In this document: piece by piece, positions 18,037 through 26,459 of the stretch
Layout: every line of letters starts with the position of its first letter
Numbering within the stretch: position 1 is the first letter of the stretch
Virus record (IMG/VR): IMGVR_UViG_3300019890_000003
Coordinates: 13,682-77,681 of that record
Strand: one strand, 5' to 3'
Length of the DNA stretch: 64,000 bases
From: a virus
Translations under genes and position numbers: made by a program
Notes under the pieces: generated by a model
The model's database searches: none
What the model was told of the DNA's origin: nothing
The model's input: only the letters and a program-made list of their open reading frames with translations

Positions 18037-18440
18037 CTCTTGCGGAAAACTTCCCGTGTGGCCCTATCCGGATCGATCGGCACACCAGAGCGCAAATCCG
18101 CCACCACTTTTTGGAAGCCGTCGATAATACGCTGCCTCGTTATGGCATCGTTCTGCGACGGCATGCTTGTCAACTCACGTGGCCGTCTTCGCTGCGCCTC
18201 GCGCGCGGCAAAAGCTTCCGCAGCTTGAAACAACTCGGCCGCCGTGGGCAAAAACCGCCCATCGCCAATTTTGCCCTTGGCCGCATACTCGCAGGCCTCG
18301 ATCACAAATCGCGGTTCCCGCTTCTCGAGAACCTCCCAATACGCCATCAATTTTCCCTTGCGCTCACTCTCGTCGCCACTCTGTGGGTAGCAAAGGAATA
18401 GTTTTGCCAGGGCCTTCTTCGCGTCCTGTTGTGTCATCAT
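18033..18440 (-). CDS. Putative helicase loader / replication accessory protein
   Basis: Directly after the initiator; LFLCYP...YWEVL...RFLPTAAEL pattern. Confidence 0.55.
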   Translation of the reverse strand: MMTQQDAKKALAKLFLCYPQSGDESERKGKLMAYWEVLEKREPRFVIEACEYAAKGKIGDGRFLPTAAELFQAAEAFAAREAQRRRPRELTSMPSQNDAITRQRIIDGFQKVVADLRSGVPIDPDRATREVFRKR

Positions 18441-19212
18441 CGCCCTCTAAAAATGCTTTCGTCGCGCCGCCAGATCCATTGCTTCGCCCATGCCCATTCG
18501 GGCTTGCGCGCGCCGGTTGATCCAACCATCGCTCTTGGTTCAGGAATGTTGCCGGGTTCAGCCAAGGACGGTCTGGAGGCTTGTCGCACCTGTAGCGCTC
18601 AATACCCAAAAGAATGGCTTGCTGATCGAAATCTGGTTGTTTGGCTATTCGCTCGAATGATTTCCGCGCCGCCGGCTTCCCAACTTTGTTCGGCCACATT
18701 TCCCAAAATTCATCAAAGCATCTGCTTACCGGCGAAGTCCGAGCTTGGCTTGGACAACTCTCAATAGAGGTACGATTCTTTATCGTTAAGGTAGGATCTA
18801 GATCTAGGTGTAGAGACTCTTTCCTAGATCCTAGATCAGGCGCGAGGCTTCGCGAGGCTTCGCGAGTCTTTCGCGAGGATTCGCGAGGGCCTGGTATTTT
18901 GGAAATCCCCGGATGGTCAATCTTTTGATGTTTCAACCAGTTACATATTTGCAAATATGAATCACCGTCAATCGTATATTTCTCAACACAACCGTTAGCA
19001 ACCAATTCATCCATCCAGCCGTCGAGAAGCTCTCGCGCATCATCGTCGTATGGAAAGAGAAGGCTCGCGAGCATTCGCGAGGCCGCGCGAGAACGTCCCG
19101 AATCGTCCGCAATCGTCCATAATTCAATGAATAAGAGCCGCGCATCGCGCGACAATTTCCCAATAGTTTCGGATTGAGGAAATTCCGGTTTGATGCTTCT
19201 GATGCGCGCCAT
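18364..19212 (-). CDS. Phage replication initiator protein
   Basis: MARIRSIKPEF...LWTIADDSGR N-terminus; FDEFWEMWPNKVGK...PATFLNQERWLD C-terminus; internal iterons. Confidence 0.85.
   Translation of the reverse strand: MARIRSIKPEFPQSETIGKLSRDARLLFIELWTIADDSGRSRAASRMLASLLFPYDDDARELLDGWMDELVANGCVEKYTIDGDSYLQICNWLKHQKIDHPGISKIPGPRESSRKTREASRSLAPDLGSRKESLHLDLDPTLTIKNRTSIESCPSQARTSPVSRCFDEFWEMWPNKVGKPAARKSFERIAKQPDFDQQAILLGIERYRCDKPPDRPWLNPATFLNQERWLDQPARASPNGHGRSNGSGGATKAFLEGDDDTTGREEGPGKTIPLLPTEWRRE
18792..18889. repeat. Putative replication origin inside the initiator gene
   Basis: Five (T)CGCGAG units at 10-11 bp spacing (18841-18889), next to CTAGATC repeats (18792-18838). Confidence 0.7.
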
Positions 19213-19218
19213 TACACA

Positions 19219-19731
19219 TCACCGGCCCAACAAAGCGACGATATCGGCGACAGCCGCCGCGCACTTTTCGTCTTTCTGCATCCTGTCCTTAACGCGCTTG
19301 ACAGAATGAATAACAGTGGCGTGATCTAAGCCAAAATAGCCGGCGATCCTTATAAAGGAAAACGGGACAAGCGCCATCTCATGTCCTTGATACCGAACTT
19401 GACGGCAAAACGTGCGCATAATGTACAACGCAACCTGTCGAGGCTTCACGATACGCGCTAGCTTCGTTCGGACTTTAATCTCATCCACAGATAGCCCATA
19501 GTACGCGGCCGTTACATGAATAACTGACTTCGGCGTAGCGCGGCCACCAAACAGGCGGTCGTTAATCTCTCGCCACCTGGCTGCTATTTCTTCAACAGCA
19601 GTAGGCGCCGTCTCTGGCTCAATATCTGGCAGTTCGACGCTCGGCATCGGCTCTGGCTCAGACGGTGGCAACATCCACAACCGCTCATGAACAGCAAGAT
19701 AGTGCGCCTTGAGTTCAGCATCGATGCTCAT
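19219..19731 (-). CDS. DnaA C-terminal HTH domain protein
   Basis: TAAYYGLSVDEI...IVKPRQVALY...IAGYFGLDHATVIHSVKRV. Confidence 0.85.
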   Translation of the reverse strand: MSIDAELKAHYLAVHERLWMLPPSEPEPMPSVELPDIEPETAPTAVEEIAARWREINDRLFGGRATPKSVIHVTAAYYGLSVDEIKVRTKLARIVKPRQVALYIMRTFCRQVRYQGHEMALVPFSFIRIAGYFGLDHATVIHSVKRVKDRMQKDEKCAAAVADIVALLGR

Positions 19732-20042
19732 TCCGCCGCATCCTCGTATAACATAGATCTTTCAGATACCCACTCGTCCGGCTCAATGGCTACAACCGGC
19801 AATTGCTTTGCTCTTTCTATCAAAGGCTCAAGCGGTTGCGGATGGCGCGGGCGCCAAAGCAAGGGCATGCTTTCTAATTCATTCCAAGGATTATTAATCG
19901 AACCTAATGTATCGCCAGTCCATTCGCCTAAATCAATGCGCCAACTTTTATTTGAATCCTCAACATACACGTCAACCCACACGCCAATAGGCGGCGGATT
20001 GTCGAATGTCTGCCAGCGATTCTTCTTCCCTTTTTTCGTCAT
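19728..20042 (-). CDS. Hypothetical protein
   Basis: WQTFDNPP...LLWRP small phage protein; coupled overlaps. Confidence 0.55.
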   Translation of the reverse strand: MTKKGKKNRWQTFDNPPPIGVWVDVYVEDSNKSWRIDLGEWTGDTLGSINNPWNELESMPLLWRPRHPQPLEPLIERAKQLPVVAIEPDEWVSERSMLYEDAAE

Positions 20043-20043
20043 A

Positions 20044-20475
20044 CTAGCTCCCGGTTAGCCTGATGCGTACACAATTCCAGTTTTCAAATAAGTACAGCAC
20101 TTCCTTCATTGTCCGGCAAACCGAATGCGGCACATTGTTCCGGATACACCAAAGCTGGAAGGCTTGTTGATCATCGGTGAGCTGCTCGCCTTCTCGTTTT
20201 AGTTCGAGGCAATGCATCTGTCCGGTTGGCGGCACTAGCACAAAGTCAGGCCAACCACGGCGCACACCCATTCTCTTCAACTTCGTTGCCGTCCGGACGT
20301 CCCTTAACTCGCCGCTTGCGATATGGGTCCATTGCCAATCAGGCAAACAATGCTCGCGAAGCACTTTCGCAACATCGTACTGCAGTACAATCTCTTTAGG
20401 CCTCGACGCCGCCGCCTTGCGTAAACGCGGTTTGCGGCCTTGGGCAAGCATAAGGAAGGGGAGGGTGGCTCTCAT
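20044..20475 (-). CDS. VRR-NUC family nuclease
   Basis: MGVRRGWPDF...CLELKREG...QQAF. Confidence 0.8.
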   Translation of the reverse strand: MRATLPFLMLAQGRKPRLRKAAASRPKEIVLQYDVAKVLREHCLPDWQWTHIASGELRDVRTATKLKRMGVRRGWPDFVLVPPTGQMHCLELKREGEQLTDDQQAFQLWCIRNNVPHSVCRTMKEVLYLFENWNCVRIRLTGS

Positions 20476-20816
20476 AATTTACGTGTCGGCGCAAATATGG
20501 TTTGCCGCTGCCCATACTCCGCCCTCAGATCCTCTAGGTGCCTGTCACATGCAGCCACTAAATCAAAAGAGCCAAGCGAGTTTTCTCGCAACTCTTTCGG
20601 CCCAGCATTATCGGCGTTTCTAAAATGCCGGCGCTGTGGTGGCCGCCTTGGTGGTGGCGGTTGGAATAGATAGACAACCGGGTCGCCGGCGCGGATGCGC
20701 CGCTTGACGCGCTTAACGGTACTAAGGTTGCAATTGAAGCGAATGGCAAGCTGCTGGTTCGTTAACTCACCGTTAACGAGAAGATTGCACTCGGACTTGG
20801 TAAGGGGCGTGCTCAT
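20472..20816 (-). CDS. HTH-containing protein
   Basis: TNQQLAIRFNCNLSTVKRVK. Confidence 0.6.
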   Translation of the reverse strand: MSTPLTKSECNLLVNGELTNQQLAIRFNCNLSTVKRVKRRIRAGDPVVYLFQPPPPRRPPQRRHFRNADNAGPKELRENSLGSFDLVAACDRHLEDLRAEYGQRQTIFAPTRKL

Positions 20817-20817
20817 T

Positions 20818-20979
20818 TTATTTGCGCAGATGTAGGAATTGACGGATAGTGTGTAGTTCGATCCCTACCCATACCGCCGCCCAAACTATCGCGGCAGATA
20901 TGGCGGCTGCGCCAAGGAAGAACCAATGCCCTAAACTATCGACATGTTCTATCAACTCGTGGAATTGGGCATCGTTCAT
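20818..20979 (-). CDS. 53-aa single-TM protein (not in ORF track)
   Basis: MNDAQFHELIEHVDSLGHWFFLGAAAISAAIVWAAVWVG...; ATGA overlap with the upstream paralog. Confidence 0.65.
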   Translation of the reverse strand: MNDAQFHELIEHVDSLGHWFFLGAAAISAAIVWAAVWVGIELHTIRQFLHLRK

Positions 20980-21149
20980 TTTCTCGATCTTTCATTCCAA
21001 AGCATTTCTAGCCACGCCAAGAGCAGAACAATCGCGAGAACGGCCAACATCATGCTGCCACCGAAAAGAATGGATTGCCATGTTGGGTTAATACGGAATG
21101 CAGAAGCGTCTACATGTTCAAGCAGTTCCTGGAATTGGGCATCAGTCAT
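20976..21149 (-). CDS. 57-aa single-TM protein (not in ORF track)
   Basis: AGGAGG RBS; MTDAQFQELLEHVDASAF...MLAVLAIVLLLAWL. Confidence 0.65.
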   Translation of the reverse strand: MTDAQFQELLEHVDASAFRINPTWQSILFGGSMMLAVLAIVLLLAWLEMLWNERSRK

Positions 21150-21353
21150 AGTGTGCCTCCTAAAGTAACCGCCTTATCGAGTTTCACGGGCATTATGAAC
21201 CCAGCCTAGCGGCTGCCGAAAGGAAGGAACCCGAACTCGATCTTGTAGCGCCTTGCACGCTTGCCCGTTGACGGTGCGGCTGCAGGTAAAGTACCCTCCT
21301 CGCGGGATCTTTGGATTCTATTGAAGATGTACCATCCGGCGATGTTGCCGCGC

Positions 21354-21662
21354 CTACTCCGCCGCCTTGGCTCGGCGCGAGCGCGCGGTTTTCATGTACG
21401 CGTCAATCTGCCTTGCAACATCGAGCTTTATCCCGCCGGTGCCCTTCTTGACGCCTAAACGGAGACGCGGGAGGAATTTCGAATTCTCGACGGCAAACGT
21501 GCCGAACTCGGTATCGATCAAGTGCGCGGCCCGGATGCGAGCTTCGCGTAGCGTCCGCGCCCGTTTCTTTTTGAGGATGGCTAAGGCGCGCTCTTCTAAT
21601 GGCGCCGTTTCGCGCAAGAATTCGTCGATTTGTTTAAGGAAGTCAGCTGCTGTCGGTATCAT
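21354..21662 (-). CDS. Cro-like regulator
   Basis: FLKQIDEFLRET...TEFGTFAVENSKFLPRLR...VARQIDAYM resembles alphaproteobacterial prophage Cro-like proteins; divergent from the repressor. Confidence 0.65.
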   Translation of the reverse strand: MIPTAADFLKQIDEFLRETAPLEERALAILKKKRARTLREARIRAAHLIDTEFGTFAVENSKFLPRLRLGVKKGTGGIKLDVARQIDAYMKTARSRRAKAAE

Positions 21663-21672
21663 GATAAGCCTA

Positions 21673-21701
21673 ATATAAAAGGCAATTGCCCTCTTTGTCA
21701 A
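21673..21701 (-). promoter_or_regulatory. Leftward promoter with operator
   Basis: Minus strand TTGACA-AAGAGGGCAATTGCCTT-TTATAT, ~10 nt before the cro ATG. Confidence 0.7.
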
Positions 21702-21908
21702 CGCAAAACGTCACCAATCCGGTATGTGCAGCGATGGCATTTGTGCTATGCGGCAACACAAAGTCTTTACCGCTCCCGCCCACGTTAGGTAATTGTACCT
21801 ATGGACCGCAGGGCATTTGTCCTGTAAGTGGGCGCGACATTTTGTCTCGTAAGAGATCGGCAACATTTGCCCTGTAATTTTTTATTTTAGAAATTTGGGA
21901 TTTTGCCC

Positions 21909-22328
21909 ATGCCAATATCTGACGCGCAGCGCGCTCGCTTTCGAGAAGAAATGGATAGGGTAGGCGTCGACAGTAAAAAGGCCGCCTCGGTTAAAGCTAG
22001 ATGGAAGAGCGGGCCGAAGGCCGGAAAGCCGTTGAGCGACAGTTACATAAGCCAAGCTTTAAACAAAGGCCGAGGCAGCTATCAAGGCATGGAGCTTATC
22101 TGCGAGGCGACAGGCGGGGATTGGCCATACGTGAAGGATGGGAAGCGCACGCCGCCGTTTATTAAAGGGCAAGGGCCACGCTCCGTCACCTCGCCGCCGC
22201 TTGATTTCGACGCGCTTCGTGACTTGATAGCGTCGGCGCTCGGGATAGCTGGGATGTCCCCACAAGACGCCGCGTCTCTGGCGAAAAGCGTCGTGAAAAC
22301 TTGGCGAGACAGGCAATCTCTCGATTGA
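21909..22328 (+). CDS. Putative repressor (HTH, no S24 peptidase domain)
   Basis: Divergent from cro across operators; LSDSYISQALNKGRGS...ICEATGGDWPYVKDG. Confidence 0.55.
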   Translation: MPISDAQRARFREEMDRVGVDSKKAASVKARWKSGPKAGKPLSDSYISQALNKGRGSYQGMELICEATGGDWPYVKDGKRTPPFIKGQGPRSVTSPPLDFDALRDLIASALGIAGMSPQDAASLAKSVVKTWRDRQSLD

Positions 22329-22664
22329 TTACCTTGCGTTTCGGTTCCGGACTAAAAATCAATTGACGCTTTAATTCATTGATTTGAGCCAACATTCCCC
22401 TCAATAAGACGCGGTCCCACAGCGCTCGGCGCGCGCGTTCACTCTGCATGGCGAAATCCCTATTATTAAGGTTGATCAGAAATTGGGAGGAGCGAAACGA
22501 AACAGGCTCGTTGCATTATTTGACACAAAACACACGCAAAACGAAACGGCATCGTTGCGTTACCAATAGCTAAGCACGTTTCCGGCCAGAACGTCCACTC
22601 ACGAAACATTAAATAAAAGTCAGGGTTGCCTAAGGAGTGGGCACAAAGATTTATATCCTGATCG

Positions 22665-22705
22665 AGGGCAATTGCCTTGACATCGGCGACATTTGCCCTT
22701 ACTAA
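22665..22705 (+). promoter_or_regulatory. Rightward promoter with operator and half-site
   Basis: AGGGCAATTGCCTT overlapping TTGACA at 22677; CATTTGCCCT in the spacer. Confidence 0.65.
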
Positions 22706-22742
22706 CGTGGCAACCATAGCAAATCAACTGATGAGGAAACAC

Positions 22743-23552
22743 ATGGAAGCCCACAAATTGGCCAATCTATTCCCACTCATGGACGAGCTGGAATTGAAAG
22801 GCTTGACTGAATCTATCCACATGAACGGCCAACGTGAACCGATCATCCTCTATGAGGACCAGATCCTGGATGGCCGTAACCGCTACGCGGCTTGCATCGC
22901 GGCCAACGTGGATCCCGTCTTTGCGCCATTCCCCGGTGGCGACCCACTCGACTTCATCGTCGATCACAATCTTCGTCGGAGGCATTTGACGCCGGCGCAA
23001 GCGCAATTGGCGGCTGCCGAATATGCGAACATGAAACGCGGCGCGCCAGTCGGAAATCAAAACGCTGCGACAACAAAGGTTCCAATTGGTCCTTTTGTTT
23101 CACCACAAGAAGATCAAGAGGTTACGTCAGTTAACCTAAAAACCGCAGCCGACAAAATGGGCGTGAGTCACACCTCGGTAAGGCGTGCGTCGGCAGTCAA
23201 AAATAGCGGGCGGACCGATTTGATCGAGGACATAAAGGCCGGCAAGCGCACGGTGTGGAATGCCTACGAAGAAATGCAGGGCAGGGAGCCAGGCGAAAAG
23301 AAGCCGTCTGCCGAGCGCAATGGTAATGGCAAGGCTCGGCCACGTCGAGCGCCTCTGCACGAGGAAATTGGCGTGACCATGTGGTCGCATCTCAAGGTGG
23401 CCCTCATGGCGCTGACTAATCTGCCGGCCGCCGATGAAGTTGCCGCCATCACCAAAAAGAATCCCAGAAGAGTCATGCTCGTCGATGCGCGCGTCTCTAG
23501 GGCAACCAAATGGTTGACGGAGTTTTCAAACGCATGGAACCAGGGAGCCTGA
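22743..23552 (+). CDS. ParB/Srx N-terminal domain protein with HTH
   Basis: HKLANLFPLM...GQREPIILYEDQILDGRNRYAAC...NLRRRHLT. Confidence 0.8.
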   Translation: MEAHKLANLFPLMDELELKGLTESIHMNGQREPIILYEDQILDGRNRYAACIAANVDPVFAPFPGGDPLDFIVDHNLRRRHLTPAQAQLAAAEYANMKRGAPVGNQNAATTKVPIGPFVSPQEDQEVTSVNLKTAADKMGVSHTSVRRASAVKNSGRTDLIEDIKAGKRTVWNAYEEMQGREPGEKKPSAERNGNGKARPRRAPLHEEIGVTMWSHLKVALMALTNLPAADEVAAITKKNPRRVMLVDARVSRATKWLTEFSNAWNQGA

Positions 23553-23553
23553 C

Positions 23554-24378
23554 ATGACTGCGCTTAAGAAAGTTGACTTTGGCCGTCGGATTATAACGCC
23601 GGCCGACGCACAAAAGCTGATCGAACACAATCAGCATAATCGCCCAATCCGCGACCGGCACGTCGCGCGCATTGCCAACGAAATAAAACTGGATCGATGG
23701 AAGTTCAATGGCGACACGATCAAACTCGCCGACACCGGAGACGTGCTCGACGGCCAGCATCGGCTTTGGGCCATCATCATGGCAGATAAGCCCGTTGAGA
23801 CGATCATTGTCAACGGGATCGCGCGCGACGCCTTTGCGACTATCGACACCATCAGGCAAGCGCGCACCGGATCCGATGTCTTGGCGTTGAACAACGTCAA
23901 GCGCTATCGCACCATCATGGCGTCTGGGCTCTCGTGGTTCATCCGCCTTCGCCGCAATGTGATGGTTGAGTGGAAGGCGCCCGAGAACAAGATCGAAAAC
24001 TCTGACATCGAGGCGGCGGCAATCGAGAATCCCGACTTCTATCTAGCCGTCGAACGTGTGATGTGTCTTCGCGGGCTCACCAACCCATCCATCTTCGCAT
24101 TTCTTTATTTCGTGCTTTCGAATCGGAACTACGATCTTGCAGAGAGAATGGTTAACACGCTCGAGAATCCAGAAGGGGTTGCACTGAGCGATCCGTTCTA
24201 CCGCTTGCGCTCCTACCTTACTTCCGATCACCACAAGCGCAAGGAGCCCTTGACGACGATCGCCATTGCAATCAAGGCAATCAATCTCGCCGACAAAGGG
24301 CAAAAAATCCAAGCCCTGGCATGGCGCAGCCAAGGCAAGAATGCCGAGGCTTTCCCAACACTCAACGTTAAAAAATAA
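23554..24378 (+). CDS. ParB-like DGQHR-motif protein
   Basis: ITPADAQKL...NRPI...WKFNGDTI...LDGQHRLWAI. Confidence 0.75.
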   Translation: MTALKKVDFGRRIITPADAQKLIEHNQHNRPIRDRHVARIANEIKLDRWKFNGDTIKLADTGDVLDGQHRLWAIIMADKPVETIIVNGIARDAFATIDTIRQARTGSDVLALNNVKRYRTIMASGLSWFIRLRRNVMVEWKAPENKIENSDIEAAAIENPDFYLAVERVMCLRGLTNPSIFAFLYFVLSNRNYDLAERMVNTLENPEGVALSDPFYRLRSYLTSDHHKRKEPLTTIAIAIKAINLADKGQKIQALAWRSQGKNAEAFPTLNVKK

Positions 24379-24409
24379 CGCCCGCATGCGAGGGGATGGC
24401 AAAATCCCC

Positions 24410-24439
24410 TTGACACGACGAGGGCAAATGCCCTAGAAT
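24410..24439 (+). promoter_or_regulatory. Promoter with operator having perfect inverted arms
   Basis: TTGACA-18-TAGAAT; AGGGCAAATGCCCT at 24421-24434. Confidence 0.75.
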
Positions 24440-24474
24440 GCCCCTATGAATTAGCTCTTGCCTGAGGAACCGCC

Positions 24475-24795
24475 ATGCTTACCGAAGCCGAAGTTGAGAC
24501 GAAAACCTTCGAGGCTATCGAAGCCGCGACCACCTATGCAGCCGAGTGTGCAATTCGAGTTAGGGCAAGGGATTTTGCCCTTTGCCCAGCTCTCCTCGAC
24601 AGCATCGAACCAGGTCTTTCGACGAAGTCACCGAGGCGCATGCGCGCGACCATCATGGGCTTCATTGGCGACGAGATGATGAAGCCTCGCCGCGACTTTT
24701 CTTTTGGCGGTTTTATTCCGTTGATCAACCTGAACGGCGCGCTGAATTACGCGAATCAATGCGTCGCGATCGAGAGCCGCGAGTTCGCGCGATGA
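24475..24795 (+). CDS. Hypothetical protein
   Basis: GAGGA RBS; first gene after the promoter. Confidence 0.55.
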   Translation: MLTEAEVETKTFEAIEAATTYAAECAIRVRARDFALCPALLDSIEPGLSTKSPRRMRATIMGFIGDEMMKPRRDFSFGGFIPLINLNGALNYANQCVAIESREFAR

Positions 24796-24874
24796 TATGG
24801 GCTTTTCTTATGACATTTCTCCTTGGCTTTATTGCTGGGGTTATCGTCTGCATAGCAATTGACGAGGCAAATCG

Positions 24875-25126
24875 ATGAGAAGCCCAACCCCTTGGGAATT
24901 TCAAATGCACGAGCTTCAAATAGGGTTTTCGTGCGCCGTTTATGACGCGACTGGAGTCCCCTTAGATCTCGGCCACCTAGATGAGGAGGACCTGCGCATA
25001 ATCTCCGCCGTCCATGATTTGCTGTCTGCAGCAAGGACAGCGGCCGCCATGATCGACGCGCAGGCCTATCCTGGCGTCGTCGCGAAACTGCAAATCGCCG
25101 TGGCTAAGGCAGAGGGACGCGAATGA
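24875..25126 (+). CDS. Hypothetical protein
   Basis: ISAVHDLLSAAR...AVAKAEG, a common small phage protein ending. Confidence 0.6.
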   Translation: MRSPTPWEFQMHELQIGFSCAVYDATGVPLDLGHLDEEDLRIISAVHDLLSAARTAAAMIDAQAYPGVVAKLQIAVAKAEGRE

Positions 25127-25305
25127 GCACTGAAACAGCCCCATGGAACGTCATCGATCATCTCAATACACCCGAGGCGATCGGCCAATACATCATCGCG
25201 GCATTTGAGGACGGAGATCCCGAGCTTATTTCCGCAGTTATCGGCGACGTGGCCCGCGCCATGAGTCGTCTTCTCGATGAAATGGAGCGCCACAGTGAGC
25301 CATGA
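25123..25305 (+). CDS. N-terminal half of a HI1420-type addiction-module antidote protein
   Basis: PWNVIDHLNTPEAIGQYIIAAFEDGDPELISAVIGDVARA; ends before the HTH. Confidence 0.65.
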   Translation: MSTETAPWNVIDHLNTPEAIGQYIIAAFEDGDPELISAVIGDVARAMSRLLDEMERHSEP

Positions 25306-25683
25306 ATCGCTAGTGCATTACAAGTTCGCCGTACTGAGCGCTACCGCGCTTTACGGCCCAACCATTGAGCGCAGCTTTGGGCGCCCGCTTATCGTCCGGT
25401 CGAAGAAAGCTGATGCGCTAGCGCGCGCACTCCCCGAGCCAGAGCGCACCGCCGTCGAGAAGCTCTTCGCGCTACTGCGCAATATCGTGGAGATGAAATG
25501 ACCAACATACTCGTGACTACCTATCTTCGTGATCTCGCGGAGCGCCTTATGATGATCTCGGGGAGTTGTGGCGTGGACGATACCGACGTCAAACAACTCC
25601 TAGATCTAGCCGACACACTAGATGAGGAGCGCGCTGGACGCCTGCTGAGGAGTACAAGCGCCAATGACCAAGTACCTTAGCCT

Positions 25684-26100
25684 ATGATGACGGAGGATAT
25701 CGAAAATCTCGCTATCCAATTGTGTGCTCTCGCTACGGCGCGCGGGAGAAGTATCGAGCTTGCGAATGCCGTCAGCTATTTGACAGATATTACCGCTCCG
25801 CACGTGCGAGTTTCGGACATTCAAGAGATAGTGGCTATGGAGTATGGCGTTACTGTACACGAAATGAAAGCCAGACGAGGCAGCCACGCAAAGATAGTTA
25901 GGCCTCGCCACATCGCTTATTTCATCGCTACCAAGTTAACTGCTCTATCGTTCAGCGCAATAGGTCATATCTTTGGGAACCGAGACAGGACTACAATCCT
26001 TTATGGCGTGCGCCGCGTTAAGGATCGAGTGGCGAGCGACACTGCATTTGCTGATGAAGTCGCGCTATTAATACGAAGAATCACAGGAGCAATAGAATGA
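25684..26100 (+). CDS. Second DnaA C-terminal HTH domain protein
   Basis: IQEIVAMEYGV...IVRPRHIAYF...SFSAIGHIFGNRDRTTILYGVRRV. Confidence 0.85.
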   Translation: MMTEDIENLAIQLCALATARGRSIELANAVSYLTDITAPHVRVSDIQEIVAMEYGVTVHEMKARRGSHAKIVRPRHIAYFIATKLTALSFSAIGHIFGNRDRTTILYGVRRVKDRVASDTAFADEVALLIRRITGAIE

Positions 26101-26306
26101 TCGACATAGAGAAGGGCATACCGTTCCCAGCTATTCGCTGCAGAAAGTATCCATTTGATAAAATGGAAAAGGGCGATTCCTTTTTTATCGCCACCGACAA
26201 ACTGAACTCGGTGCACAATTCCGCATCCGTTTGGGGACGGCGGCACAACATGAAGTTCGTGGTTAGAAAGGTAGACGACGGCGCTCGTGTCTGGCGAATC
26301 AAATAA
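26097..26306 (+). CDS. Conserved small phage protein
   Basis: IEKGIPFP...KYPFDKMEKGDSFF...ARVWRI. Confidence 0.7.
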   Translation: MIDIEKGIPFPAIRCRKYPFDKMEKGDSFFIATDKLNSVHNSASVWGRRHNMKFVVRKVDDGARVWRIK

Positions 26307-26459
26307 CAAGACTACCCGCCTAGGGTACCTCCCGGCAGCCGCTCCACCAACGGGCTATGTTTAAAGGACATTCAAGACAAAGTTCGGGTTCTTAGGCGGG
26401 TAATCTTATCATGCCTGTGAAACTTTGTAAGGTGGATACTTCAACAACGAGTGATACAC

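Noticed and set aside
22743-24378. Plasmid-prophage partition system or Dnd phosphorothioation locus
   Set aside because: No ParA or other dnd genes seen, and an integrase with candidate attP is present.
25123-25501. Complete toxin-antitoxin pair
   Set aside because: No recognisable toxin in the flanking ORFs.
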